In this document: in pieces, positions 44,899 to 56,729 of the stretch
How positions within the stretch are numbered: the first letter of the stretch is position 1
Layout: each line of letters begins with the position of its first letter
NCBI RefSeq assembly: GCF_011386835.1
Contig: NC_088802.1
Location: 3,658,001 to 3,722,000 of the forward strand
Reading direction: 5' to 3'
Source: Chrysemys picta bellii
Lineage: Eukaryota
DNA: 64,000 bases
Position numbers and translations under genes: made by a program
The notes under the pieces: generated by a model
Databases searched by the model: none
Told to the model about the DNA's origin: nothing
What the model saw: the letters and a program-made list of their open reading frames with translations, nothing else

Positions 44899-46602
44899 TC
44901 AGGACCCCGCGTTACGCCTGTCGCCCAATAAGGATGTCGTCTCGTCGGCACTCCTGCGAGATTCTGCAACGAAAACACAGACAGGGCGTGTCTTCAACCA
45001 GCGACCCCACCGATGTGCTGGTAAGCGGGTGGGGACTTGGAGTTAGAGCGGGGGGGTGGGCCAGGAGCCAGGACTCCTGGGTTCTCTCCTGGCTCTGGGA
45101 GGGGAGTGGGGCCTGCGGGTTAGAGCAGGGGGGCTGGGAGCCAGGACTCCTGGGTTCTCTCCCCAGCACTGGGAGAGGGGGGTGGGGTCTGGGGGTTAGA
45201 GTGGGTGGGCTGGGAGCCAGGACTCCTGGGTTCTCTCCTGGCTCAGGGAGGGGGGTGGGGTCTGGGGGTTAGAGTGGGTGGGCTGGGAGCCAGGACTCCC
45301 GGGTTCTCTCCTGGATCAGGGAGGGGGGTGGGGTCTGGGGGTTGGGGGTAGGGGCTGGGAGCCAGGACTCCTGGGTTCTCTCCCCAGCACTGGGAGAGGG
45401 GGGTGGGGTCTGGGGGTTGGGGGTAGGGGCTGGGAGCCAGGACTCCTGGGTTCTCTCCTGGCTCAGGGAGGGGCGTCTAGTGGTTAGAGCAGGCTGAACA
45501 TTCCCTTCCACCTCAAACAGCGGCAGCCGCACCCCATGGCCATCTCCTGTCTCAGCTGCCGCAGCATCTCCTCCAAATGCCCTCGTGCCTCAGTTTACCT
45601 CCCTCGTGACCGGCACTGGGGTGGATGATTCTCTAGAGCTGCTGGGCCTGACTAGCTTCATTCCAGCCCTGACGTGGCCCAATCACAGATTGGCCAATCG
45701 CCGGTTCATTAGTGTCACCGGCCTCCACCCAAGTTTGCAGCTAGTCCAGCCGGTTGCAGGGGAACAGCCGCTGTTCCGGCCGGACACCGCCTAACGCCGC
45801 CCCAGCCGGTCTGGAGCCGGATCCTGAGCCGATGTCAGTCTGGAGCGACCTCACTGCCCTCCAGGGAGTCAGGGCGGGATTCGGAGCTCAGACTAACTTG
45901 TTCACCTGGCCTCAGTGGGAGCTAAATATCAATTCAAAGGGAAACTGAGGCACAGAGAGGCAAACCAGGGATGGAACCCAGGAGTCCTGGCTCTAACCGC
46001 TGGGCCCCCTCCTCTCCCAGAGCCGAGGACTGAACCCAGGAGTCCTGGCTCCCAGTATCCCTGCTCCTCTGCAGATGGGAACGGTCTAGGGCTTGGGAAG
46101 AATAGCAGCGCAGTTCTTATTGCACCCAGTAGGGGGCAGTGCAAAGCGCAAGCGTCACTGCAGAGATGGAAACTTAAACCTAAGCGCAATAATATTCTAT
46201 CCATCCCCATATACGGGCTCGGGCGCTGGATCTAGCCCACCTCCCCCTGGATCCGTATCTGTGTGTCTGCCCCATATCCCCATCCATCCGTCCTCCCCCT
46301 GGCTCCATACATGTGTCTGCCCCATACCCCCCCCCCCCGATCCATCCGTCTGTCCTGCCCCCTGGGTCCTTATCTGTGTGTCTGCCCCATACCCCCGTCC
46401 ATCCGTCCTCCTCTCTGGATCCATATCTTTGTGTCTGCCCCACACGCCCCTGTTCCCCGCACCGCAGATACCCACCCAGCCCTCCCAGGTGCCCCGCTCA
46501 CTCTCCCCCCCCCCCGGTACCTTTCTTCCTCCTGCACAGCCGCTTGATGAAGTGCCACATCCATTGCACGAGGAGGCAGAAGCACTTGCACTGGTTGCAC
46601 AT
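44899..46602 (-). CDS. Candidate unannotated 48-aa Cys-rich microprotein
   Basis: Exon 46602-46521 (MCNQCKCFCLLVQWMWHFIKRLCRRKK, donor gtacc) joins exon 44963-44899 (acceptor tgtgttttcgttgcag; ESRRSADETTSLLGDRRNAGS*) in phase 1. Upstream non-coding exon ~47920-47884 with donor gtaagg and TATATAAA at 47945-47952; AATAAA at 44052-44057. Confidence 0.7.
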
Positions 46603-47883
46603 CGCGGGCTCACCTGTGCCTGGGGGGAGTGGGGAGAACACCGGGGCCAGTGGTCAGGCAGCGCCGAGGCCAGAGTCGCTCCCGCCTGCCTCGCCAATCC
46701 CCCGCTGGGCTGGAGTCCGGGGCTCTCACCAGGCCAGGCTCAGACCTCTCGCGCCCCCTCCTGCACGTGGCCGCACGGCTCGCCTGGGATGAGGGGTCCC
46801 GGCTCTGAGCCAGGATCGTGGCGTGACCCCGCCACACGCTGTCCGGGGAGGGCCCCATGCGCATGGAGATCTGCTCCTACCCCTGGCTGTGCCATTTTCC
46901 CAGGGTCGGTGCTGCTGGCACTCCTCCCGCTCACCCGTCGTCTCGGCTTCTAGTATAATTAACCGCCCCACCCGCCCGCCTCCGCAGCGGCCTGTCAATC
47001 CGGCTACGGCGTGAGCCAGATCCCTGTGCTAACCTGCCCAGCGCCTCCTGGCTAGACCCCGGTCGTCCTGAATCGACGGCCAAACCGGTTTGAGTCCGCG
47101 GCGTGAGAAAAACACCAGCAGCAGCAGTGAGCTGGCTCCGGATTCACGCCAGGGCCGGCCCGGACTCCCCTGACCTCAGCGGGGTCGCTTGGGATTTAAA
47201 CGGGGGTCGCTGGAACCAGGACCCAGCAGCAGCCGCCCCCCGGGCCCCATGGGCAGCGGGAGATCTCTGACCGATTCCCATTCCCAGAATCCGAGGGACC
47301 GCCCTGATCTGGTCGTTTGATGACCTCTCTGTGCCAGGACTTCCCTGAATTAATTCCTGATTCAACGAGAACAGATCCTATCGAGCAAACTCGACCGAAC
47401 CACAGCCGGGGCCTCGGGGCCTCTGCCTCGACTCTCGGTAAAGTGTGCCCAGGGTTCATTCCCCTCCCTGTTACACAGTCACACCTCGCTTCCCGTCTGA
47501 ATTTGGCTGGCGCCCGCGTCCAGCCGTCGGATCGGAAAACTCTCTGGCCGCGAACGTCTGTTCCCCTTCCAGCCACGCCTAGGGGGGCTACATGGACCGA
47601 ACTCCCGGAGTCAGGGTTTCTAGCCCTCCTCGAATCGGGGGCCCCCAGAACTGGATCCCAGCCGCGGCCGCACCGGGGCCGAATCCTGAGGGCAAATCCC
47701 CTCTCGGCTCCTGCTCCAGAGTCCTGTTTACATGGCCCAGCATGGTGTTGGCACTTTCTCCACCCCCAAATCTTTGTCCCGTTTCCCAGGAGGGGGCCCC
47801 CTGAGCCCAGACACTTCTAAGAGCCACCAGGCCACGGGCTGGCGTGGCGTGTCCCCTCCGCTCCCCGCCAAAGAGATCCTTAC

Positions 47884-47965
47884 CGGTCTCCGGCGTCGTC
47901 CCGCTCTGGGTGCCTCTCCCTTATCCTCTGGGAACGGCCCCGGGTTTATATACCCGCCTCCCCGC
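47884..47965 (-). promoter_or_regulatory. TATA box and first non-coding exon of the candidate microprotein gene
   Basis: Minus strand gggaggcgggTATATAAAcccgg, then ~60 nt downstream ccggagaccg|gtaagg. Confidence 0.6.
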
Positions 47966-49152
47966 CCTGAGTGCCCAGACCGGCTGGATCCCAGCGGGGC
48001 CAAGTCACGGGGTGGGGAGAAGTGGGGTGTTTTCACAACCACCCGGAGCAGCCGGTAGGGTTGGTAGCCTGCCAGGTTGTCACTGAAGCCAGCATCCTCC
48101 ACCTCACCCCTCACCAGGGATGATTCTTTCTGGGGGTCTAAGGGGGGTGGTGAGATTTGGGGGATGTGGAATTGGGGCAGAGCAGATCTGAACCCCTCCC
48201 CCCCCGGCTCCCTTTATGGGATCTGGGCTGATTCCCCATCCCTGCCCCCTCAAGTGAGCTGGAATTTGGGGGGAGCCTTGTCGCTCTAGGGGGGTGTCTG
48301 ACCCTCTCTCCCTGCCCCCCCGGCATGGGCTAGGATCTGGGGGACCCTGCCCCATGAGGGTGTCTCCACCCCCCATGTGGGAGCCAGGATCTGGGGGACC
48401 CTGATCCTCTGAGGTGTCTGCTTCCCAACTCCAATGTGGGAGCCAGAACCTGGGGGCCCTGCCCCTATGGAGGTGTCTCCACGGAGCGTGAAGCGAAAGC
48501 AGATTGACGTAACGGAAATCCCGGCGGTGACACGTGGAGGTGCGCGGCACCCTGCTGGGAGGGGGGTGGGAGGGCCCTGGCCAGCGTGTGGGGCAGCCCA
48601 CCAGCCCTTCCCTTCGATGGATCTGCCGGATGTGTGGTCGTGCTGTGAGATGTTTGAAGCCTGATGCTGCCCCAACACAGGGGAAGCGATCTAGGGTCCC
48701 AAACCCTGACGGTTTTCCCACCTGGTGGTTACAGGAACTTTTAAGCTCGGGAGAGAGGATTGGTGAGTCTCTTTCTCCACCATTCCCTACAACATATCCC
48801 ACCCCACCATGTCCAGATCCCCTTCCCATTCAGCCATTAGCACGTTACAAGCCATCATCACCCACTGAGGTTTCACCAAAGCATTTGAGTAGAAACATTA
48901 ATTTTTAACAGGTTTTTTTCTTCATTTTTTAAGTTAGCCATCAAAATAGTAATACAAAAATCACTGTCCCTGTCACCTGTTTGTTTTTTTACCAGAAGGA
49001 ACCAGGCATTTTAGAAAAGAAGATTTTTCTCCTAGCTATTAGCCAAGCCTTTGAGTAGAATAACGTATTTTTACAGTTTTTCCTTCCTATTAGATATTTT
49101 ACCTTCGAAATAGCAGGCACATTTGTTCTTCTTTTCAACTGTTGTTTAAATT

Positions 49153-49354
49153 CAGTGGCTTTCAACCTGTGCCTCCGCAGACCCTTGGGGGTCTGCAGAC
49201 TATGTCCAAGGGGTTCGCGAAAGGTTGTTGTTACCATAGAACAGTTGTTTTGAATCTGTGATCCGCGGACTCCCGGGGGTGCACAGAAAAGGGTCCGCGG
49301 CTCCGTTCGAAATTTTGTAGGGGTCCGTAAATGACGAAAGGTTGAAACCCAGTG
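49153..49354. mobile_element. hAT-type MITE remnant
   Basis: Inverted ends cagtggctttcaacct / aggttgaaacccagtg. Confidence 0.65.
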
Positions 49355-50947
49355 GGTTAGTTAAAGAAGTTTTTAGAAATAAGCATTTTCCTCCTACCTA
49401 TCACAAGCATTTGAGTACAACACGTGTAGCTTTTCTGAATAGTGAATTTATTTTTTACCTGAGAAATAGCAGCAACATTCAGTCGTCTCTTCGCCTGTTT
49501 TTGAGTGAAAGGTTTTAGCAACGAGTGTTTTTCTCCGAGCTATTAGCCAAGCATTGGAGTATAACACACGTTCATTTTTAGGAAGACTTTCTTACTATTG
49601 GGATTTTTTGAACCTTAGAAATAGCAGAAGTTTTCAGTCTTCCCCTCACCTGTCTTGGTAACAGGTTTCAGAGAAGAGCCCTTTTCTTCCGAACTCTTAG
49701 ACAAGTATTGGAGTATAATAGGGGCCGTGGCAAAAGCGAAGGTTTCTCAATTCCCACCAGGGCTGTAGAGCCGGTCTTGGCTGGCACAGGCGTGGGCATG
49801 TGACTTCAGCTTCCCCAGGAGCCATATTGCTCAAGGGATCTAAAGTGACGCTGGCATTTCCGCCCCCCACCTTCCCATCCGTCTCTTCATCACCCTCTCT
49901 CCTGTCATGAGAAACCTGGCTCCGAACGCCCTCCCCCCCCTGCTCTAACCACCAGGGCCCCACTCCCTGAGCTGGAGAGAGAACCCAGGAGTCACCCCCC
50001 CACTCTAACCGCCAGACCCCACTCCCCTTCCAGAGCCGGGGAGAAAACCCAGGAGTCCTGGCTCCCAGACTCCCCCCCGACCTCTAACCACTAGGCCCCA
50101 CTCCCCTCCCAGAGCGGGGAGAGAACCCAGGAGGTCCTGGCTCCCAGCCCTCCCCCCCCTATTGATCATGGCCCCACTGAGCGAGGTGCTGCATGTTCAG
50201 GGGCGTGGGACATGGTGACACCAGCCCTTCTGGGGGGAGTAGACCCATTTGTCCCCCTCCATGCCCCATAATCTCAAAGGGCCAGTTGTCCATTTCCCCC
50301 GCCCCTCCCGCCCATTCCCTTCAGGAGGCGGGATCCACCAGTGGGAGGAGGTTGACAGGCGCTGGGCCGGGCTGGGCTAGCGTTGGGCCCCTTGCAGTGT
50401 GATGTGGGGTCCCTCTGGCCTGAACGGTGACCCCACGTGGGTGCTGAGGCCAGCCAGGTGTCATTCGGAGGGGTCATGCGGAGGCCAGTCTGGGCCCCCA
50501 CGTGGGGGGCAGGTCAAACCGTTCCCCGGTGGACAGGCCCCCGGTGCTGTTTTGGGGCTCGCGGTGGCCCCTGGGAGGCTGCCGGGATGGGGGAGCTGCA
50601 TGGAGAGCGGGGGACAGGAGCTGGGGGGGATGAGAGTGAAATGGGCGGGGACCCCTTTAAGAGCCAGCCTGGGTATTGGGGAGCGGCCCCTTTAAGAACT
50701 TGAGTAACAAGCAGCGGCCCCTTTAAGAAGAGAAGTAACAGGGAGCGGGCCCCATTAAGAACGTCTTCTCCCCTCCTCCTCGCTTCCGCGTTCGGTCCTA
50801 AGCCCTGGGTCACGTGGCGAGGGAGCACCCCCCCCCCCCATCCGCCGGAGATCCGCGCCGGAACGAAGTTCCCCAGTGCGCCTGCGCGGTTTGGGGCCGA
50901 TCGCTGCTGCCGGGCTTAGGCTGCCCCACGCGCCTCGCGCCGCCGGG

Positions 50948-53277
50948 ATGGTGAGTGCGTGACGTCACTGTCCCCGGGGAACCCCCGCCGGGGAGGGGGG
51001 AGAGGGGCATGGTGGGGAATGGGGCAGCCGGGGGCTGTACGGGGGCGGGAGGGGGACATGCGGGGGCAAAGGGGAGGGGCACGGTGGGGAAATGGGGGAG
51101 ATGTGCGGGGGGGGCTATGCGGGGATCTGGGGGGCGGGAGGGGGGGCATGCGGGGGCAGAGGGGAGGGGCACGGTGGGGAATGGGGGAATGTGCGGGGGG
51201 GGGCTATGCGGGGATCTGGGGGGCGGGAGGGGGACATGCAGGAGGAGGAGGAGGAGGGGAGGGGGGAATGCGGGGGCAGAGGGGTGGGAAGGGGGGAGCT
51301 GGGGGATGTGCGGGGAGCCAGGGGATATGTGGGTGTGGAGGGAGCATGTGGGGGGTGGAGGGGAGGGGGGCATGCAGGGGGGAGGGGGGAGGAGAAGGAG
51401 GGGCCTTGGGGGGGTGGCAAGGGGCACCCAGCGGGTGAGCCGGCCTGAGAGCCGCTGGCTGGGGGGGAGGGCACTGGGGGGCCCCCCGGCTCGCGTGCCA
51501 GTGAGTCCCTGGGGAGAGGCCCCAGCCCCGCCTGCAGGGAGATGCCCCCTCGCTCGGCGTGGAGGGACCCTGGGGTGCTGACGTGCGCCACCCCCCACTC
51601 CCGGGCCTGATGGCTGGCCCCAGGGCTTGGGGGGGGCACTGGCCTGGTGGGGGGGTGAACGCTGAGTGGGAGGGGGATGGGGTCCAGGGGGTGGCTCGGG
51701 GGCTGTAGGGAGGTGATGGTGAGGTGCCCCAGACCAAGGGGGCGGTCGGGGGGGTGGGGAGCTGTGATGTCTCTGTCTCTCCATGGGGGTCTCTCATCGC
51801 CCTCCCCCCCATTTCTCGCCAGCTTTTCTATTCGTTCTTCAAATCCCTGGTGGGGAAGGACGTGGTGGTGGAGTTAAAAAATGATCTGAGGTGAGTCCTG
51901 GTGCACACGGGGATCCCCCATTGCCTGTTAGGCCCACTCCCCTCCCAGAGCTGGGGAGAGAACCCAGGAGTCCTGGCTCCCAGGCCCCCTCCTCTAACCC
52001 CACTAGCCCCCCCCCCGGAGCCAGGGGAGAGAACCCAGGAGTCCTGGCTCCCAGGTCTCCCTGCTCTAACCACTAGCCCCCCCCCCCCGAGCCAGGGAGA
52101 GAACCCAGGAGTCCTGGCTCACAGGCCTCCTGCTCTAACCCACTAGACCCCCCCCCTCCCCCAGAGCTGGGGTAGAACCCAGGAGTCCTGGCTCCCAGCC
52201 CCCCCCCCCCCCCCCCCGCTGTAACCCCTGTGGTAACACTGCCCCCTCTCTGTTGGCAGTATCTGTGGAACCCTCCATTCTGTGGACCAGGTAAGAAATT
52301 TGCAGGTTATTTCAGAGCATGTCCCCCTCCTCAGTGCACCTGGCCAAGGAGATTCCCCCGCCCTGGGGCCGGATTGGAGCCAGTGCCCCCTGCGCCCTCC
52401 ATCCCACCCCCCAAACCAGCCCGTCCCCTCTCCTGGGGCCGGGTCGGATCTGTTGCCCCCCTGCGCCCCCCCCATCCAACCCCTCTGAACCAGCCCGGTC
52501 GGATCTGTTGCCCCCTACTGGGGCAAGGCCCCCTGTGGACTCCTCTCTTCCCCAAGCCAGCCAGTCCCTGTCCTGGGGCCAGATGGGAGCCGACGCCCGT
52601 ACAGGGGACAGGCCCAGTGCCCCAATCCCTCCCCACCCCCCGCTTTCCCAGCAGAGCGAAGCAGAAGGGAGCCCCTTGCCCCTCTCCGTCTGGGTGTTAA
52701 CCGTCCGCGTGTCTGTCTGTCCTGCCAGTACTTGAACATCAAGCTAACCGACATCAGCGTGACGGATCCGGAGAAGTACCCCCACATGGTAAGGGGTAGA
52801 GGGGGGCCCTGCTGGCGGGGGGTGTGGGGAGCGCGGGGGGCAGCGGGGGGGGGGTCAGACGTGCTGATGGCATTTCTCACAGGGTGGGTCTGGTGTCTGT
52901 GTCTCTGTCCCAGCAGGGGGTAGGGCCACAGACACGGGGCGGGGGCTGATCCTCCCAACAGCAGGGGGGCAGACAGTACCCTCCCCCCCCCCCGCTATCA
53001 GGGGGTGGGGACACACGTGGGGGTGGGCTCTGACACACCCACCGCTGCCATCAGGGGGCGGGGACACACGTGGGGGGCGGGGCTCTGACACCCCCGCCCC
53101 TGCCAGCAGGGGACGCCCGCGCTCCCCCTCACCCCCCGCTCTCTCTCCCCAGCTGTCGGTGAAGAACTGCTTTATCCGGGCTCCGTGGTGCGCTACGTGC
53201 AGCTGCCGGCGGACGAGGTGGACACGCAGCTGCTGCAGGACGCCGCGCGCAAGGAGGCGCTGCAGCAGAAGCAGTGA
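50948..53277 (+). CDS. LSM2: U6 snRNA-associated Sm-like protein LSm2 (one apparent -1 frameshift)
   Basis: Exons 50948-50950 (ATG|gtgagt), 51823-51890 (LFYSFFKSLVGKDVVVELKNDL), 52260-52290, 52729-52788 (YLNIKLTDISVTDPEKYPHM) and 53153-53277 (LSVKNCFIR[G]SVVRYVQLPADEVDTQLLQDAARKEALQQKQ*). The last exon is 125 nt rather than 126. AATAAA at 54244. Confidence 0.96.
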
Positions 53278-54739
53278 CCCCCCCCCCATGTCCCCCCTCC
53301 CTCCCTGCTGCAGGGGGTGCAGGGCGGAGACCGGACCTGCCCGCTGCTTCCCCGCCGGCTGTGAAATCCCCCCTGCTCAGCAGCTCCTACCACTACACAT
53401 GGGGAAGCTGCTGCTCCCGGACGCCTGGGTCTGTGGCTGCTCCCCCTCCTGGCTGGGAGCAGGAGCTGAGCCCGCCGTCCGGGAGCCCGGACGCCTGGGT
53501 CCACTCGGCTCCCTCCACGCTCCGGGAGTAGGAGCTGAGCCCCTATCCAGGAGCCCGGACGCCTGGGTTCTTCCTTTTCACCCTGCCCTCCCAGGCCCCG
53601 GAGGCCTGAGTTTCTCTCTGCAAGCCCAGGCTTCCGGACTCCTGGGTTCGTCTCCGCTTGTGCTCGGGAGGGAACAGGAAGAGCAGAGGGGAACCCAGGC
53701 ATCCGGGGCCCTGCATGGGGGCTCAGCTTCTACTCAAGAGAATTGGGTGGGGGCTGTGCCCTTTCTAGGACCCGGACACCTGGGTTCACCTCCCTGCCCC
53801 CCAATATCCCCAGATCTAGGACACCTGGGTTCTGTGTGCTCCCCTGAGCTGGAGCTGCTTATCTCTTGAGATGAATATCGGGGTGGTTCCTAGATTTGTC
53901 GTGTTCCCCCCTTGGGGAAAACATTTTTTGGGGGGGGTCCCTTTAGTTCCAGTCTGAATCTCCCCAGCCCCCTTTTTCACCTCCATGGCCAGTTAAGCCT
54001 CATTTTTATTTTTAATCTCTTGATTTCTCCCTGCTCTTTAAGGGTGGTGTTTAGTCCCCCCACATCTTTGGGGGGCAGGGACTGAGCTTCTGGGGTGCCG
54101 TTAACCCCAGCTGGCGAAGTCCTGGAAAAGTTGTAGGGCGTTTGAATTTCCTGGGGGGGGCGGGATTGGGTTTTTTTAGGGTTTGGGCCGAGGGGGATGA
54201 AGGTTTTTTGTATGTTTGATTCGTGGCTTGAAGACTCAGGCGGAATAAAATTTGGAGCCTGGTTACAAACTTTTGTTGTTGTTTATGGTAGGGTCTACAG
54301 TCTGCTCCAGCCCAGGGTCCTCTCTTGGCCCAGATGCCCAGGTTCATCTGCGTGCCCCACGCGCCCCCCGCTCATTATAGATGCCGAGCTGCTGTCTGGG
54401 CTCCTGGACACTTGGGTCCATTTTTGCTCCTCCCCCCCTGCCGTCAGAGCAGAAGCTGGGCTCCCCGGTAGGGCCCTGGATGCCTGGGTTGATCCATGTT
54501 CTACATGTGGGGAAACTGAGGCACGGAGAGATGAGACTTCCTCACTCTCACAAGCAATCTAGGCCAGAGCAGGGCTGAGAACCCAGGTGTCCGGGCCCTC
54601 AGCTATGACCCAGTCTGCTCCCTCAATGCTGGTGGGTTGAGCAGGGGGAGCGGGTGCCTGGTTGGTCCCTTTAGCGTGGGCCGTGTTCTCTTTTTCGCAC
54701 ACAATGCTGCCTGTCCCTTTAAATAATAGATAATGTTTT

Positions 54740-55420
54740 CACCTCTTTTTTATTGCATCATCAAACACTTACTATGACATCACCCTGGGGAAAGCACTGC
54801 CCCTTTCACGTTACATCATCGTCCAAGGGGATCCTCGCACTTTAAGTGTTACTCAGGCTCCGCCCCTTTCTCAGGACAACCTCATCTGTCACTAACTTTC
54901 TGCCCTTCCAAACATAGTAGGCTCCGCCCACTGAGCTTATTGCATCAGGCTCCACCCCTTTGCAACAGGTTCCCCCCTTTTCACATGCCTTGTCCTAAGG
55001 GAGCTTTCCCTTTAAGAAATATTACATCATCAGAGGACTCCATGTGCCTCCCTTTTAAAAAAGATGATGTCATCAGATAAGGCTCCACCCCTTCCACTAG
55101 ACTGCATTCAGCAGGTTCCTCTAAGCTCCTCCCATTGGTGATGTCATCAAGCCCAGCCCTCTTTAAGAGTAGCTGTGACCTCACTGGCCAGGCTGTGAGC
55201 TGTGGCTTGATGATGTCATAGTGGCCCCTTAAGCCCTGCCCACTTTAAGAGTATTATGCAATCCCCTTCATGAGGTGAGGTCACTGTTGTGGGACCCGCC
55301 CCTTTAATGGTCTTAGGTTCTGCCCTGAGGTTGGGGATTGGCTGCTTCACCCCACAAGCGGCTGCTGGTTGGTTGGTGTGAGATGGGTGGGGACGCAGTG
55401 CCAGCCAATGGGAAGGCAGG
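54740..55420 (+). promoter_or_regulatory. bZIP-motif-dense putative promoter/first exon of the BEN-domain gene
   Basis: ATTGCATCA x2, GTTACATCA, ATTACATCA, TGATGTCA x3, GC boxes and CCAAT motifs; splice donor cagg|gtgagt at 55420/55421. Confidence 0.5.
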
Positions 55421-56729
55421 GTGAGTCTGCAGTCATTCTTGTACAGAGAGAGCAGTGGGGTTTAGTGGGTGGGGCTGGGAGCCGGACTCCTGGGTTCTCT
55501 CCCAGCTCTGGGAGGAGAGTGCGGTCTAGTGGTTAGAGCTGGGGGGGCTGGGAGCCAGGACTCCTGGGTTCCCTCCCTGGCTCCTTCTTCCCTATTTAAG
55601 TGACCCCCTTTAGCCCCCCAGCCCAATCCCATAAGCACTCCCCGAATCCCCATCCCTGCCTGCAGCCTGGGCACCCAGGGGTTAACACCCCCCCCCCCCC
55701 CCCCGCCGCAAATGCTCTGCAAACATCCGGCAAACGCTTTGCACCAGCAGGGCTGATCCCTCCCTCTCTCCTCCCAAGAGCCCCCCAAGCAGCAGCCCCT
55801 AACTACCCCCCCCCACTCACCCAGAGGGATTACCCCCCCACACCTCCCTCCTACCCCATTCCCCATTTGCAAACTGTTTGCAGACCCCTGGCGGCCGATT
55901 GCAGCTGGTGCCACCGCTGGGTGGGGGAAGGGAGAGGAAAGGGGGGACCCCACCCCTTTCTGCCCCCCCCTTCCCAGCAGCCTTTGCAGCTGGCTGCAAG
56001 CAGAGGAGACAGGAGCAGCATTTGCAGGCAAAAGGAGAAACCCAGGTACCTTCCTGCTGCAGCAGGGGGGCGGCTGAGGGGGCCATGACAGGACCCTAAG
56101 GGGCCCTTGGCCTGTGGGGGACCCCACCCCAATATTTAGCATTAATGCAACAGGCCCCATAGCTGGAGTGCAGGGGGCAAGGAGTCGGAGTCGGTAGGGG
56201 GCGCTCTCCCCTGGCAGTCAGGGCTGGCTCCCGTGAGATGCTAGGGGGCGCTGTGCTGCAGGGAGCGGGGCTTCAGGGGTTCAGCAGGGGATGCTGGGCT
56301 TCAGGGAGTGGGGCAGGGGGCGCTGGGCTGTGGGGAGCAGGGCTGTATGGGGTGCTAGGGAAGAGGGAGTGGGGTGGGGGCTTGGCAAGGGGCACTGGGG
56401 TGGGGGGTTTTGCAGGGGGAGAGAGGGCACTGGGCAGGGGATGCTGGGGCAGAGGGTACCGGAGCAGGGGGTGTGGTGAACTCACCCCAACCCTCCCCAT
56501 AGAGTGCCGGGGGGGACTCACCAGGGGTGCTGGAGCAGGGGGCCATGGGGTGGGGTGCTAGGCATGGGGCGCCGGGTGGGAGCCTGGGCACGGGGTGGGG
56601 TACCAGAGTAGGGGGCGCGGTGGGCTCACCCTATCTCTCCCCAAGGGGCACAGGGGTGGGGGGGCTGGGTAGGGGGCACCAGGCAGGGCACGGGGGGCTC
56701 ACCCCGTCTCTCCCCAGGGGGCTCTCTCC

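Noticed and set aside
44782-45020. Plus-strand open exon-like segment (acceptor ccacag, donor gtaagc; GSDHESEPALKRARP...)
   Set aside because: No recognisable homology or convincing start, and it overlaps antisense the better-supported microprotein exon. An antisense transcript is not excluded.
42000-50900. Expected HSP70 (HSPA1) or MHC class I sequence next to LSM2
   Set aside because: No HSP70 or Ig/MHC motifs appear in any frame. The absence is recorded under the synteny finding.
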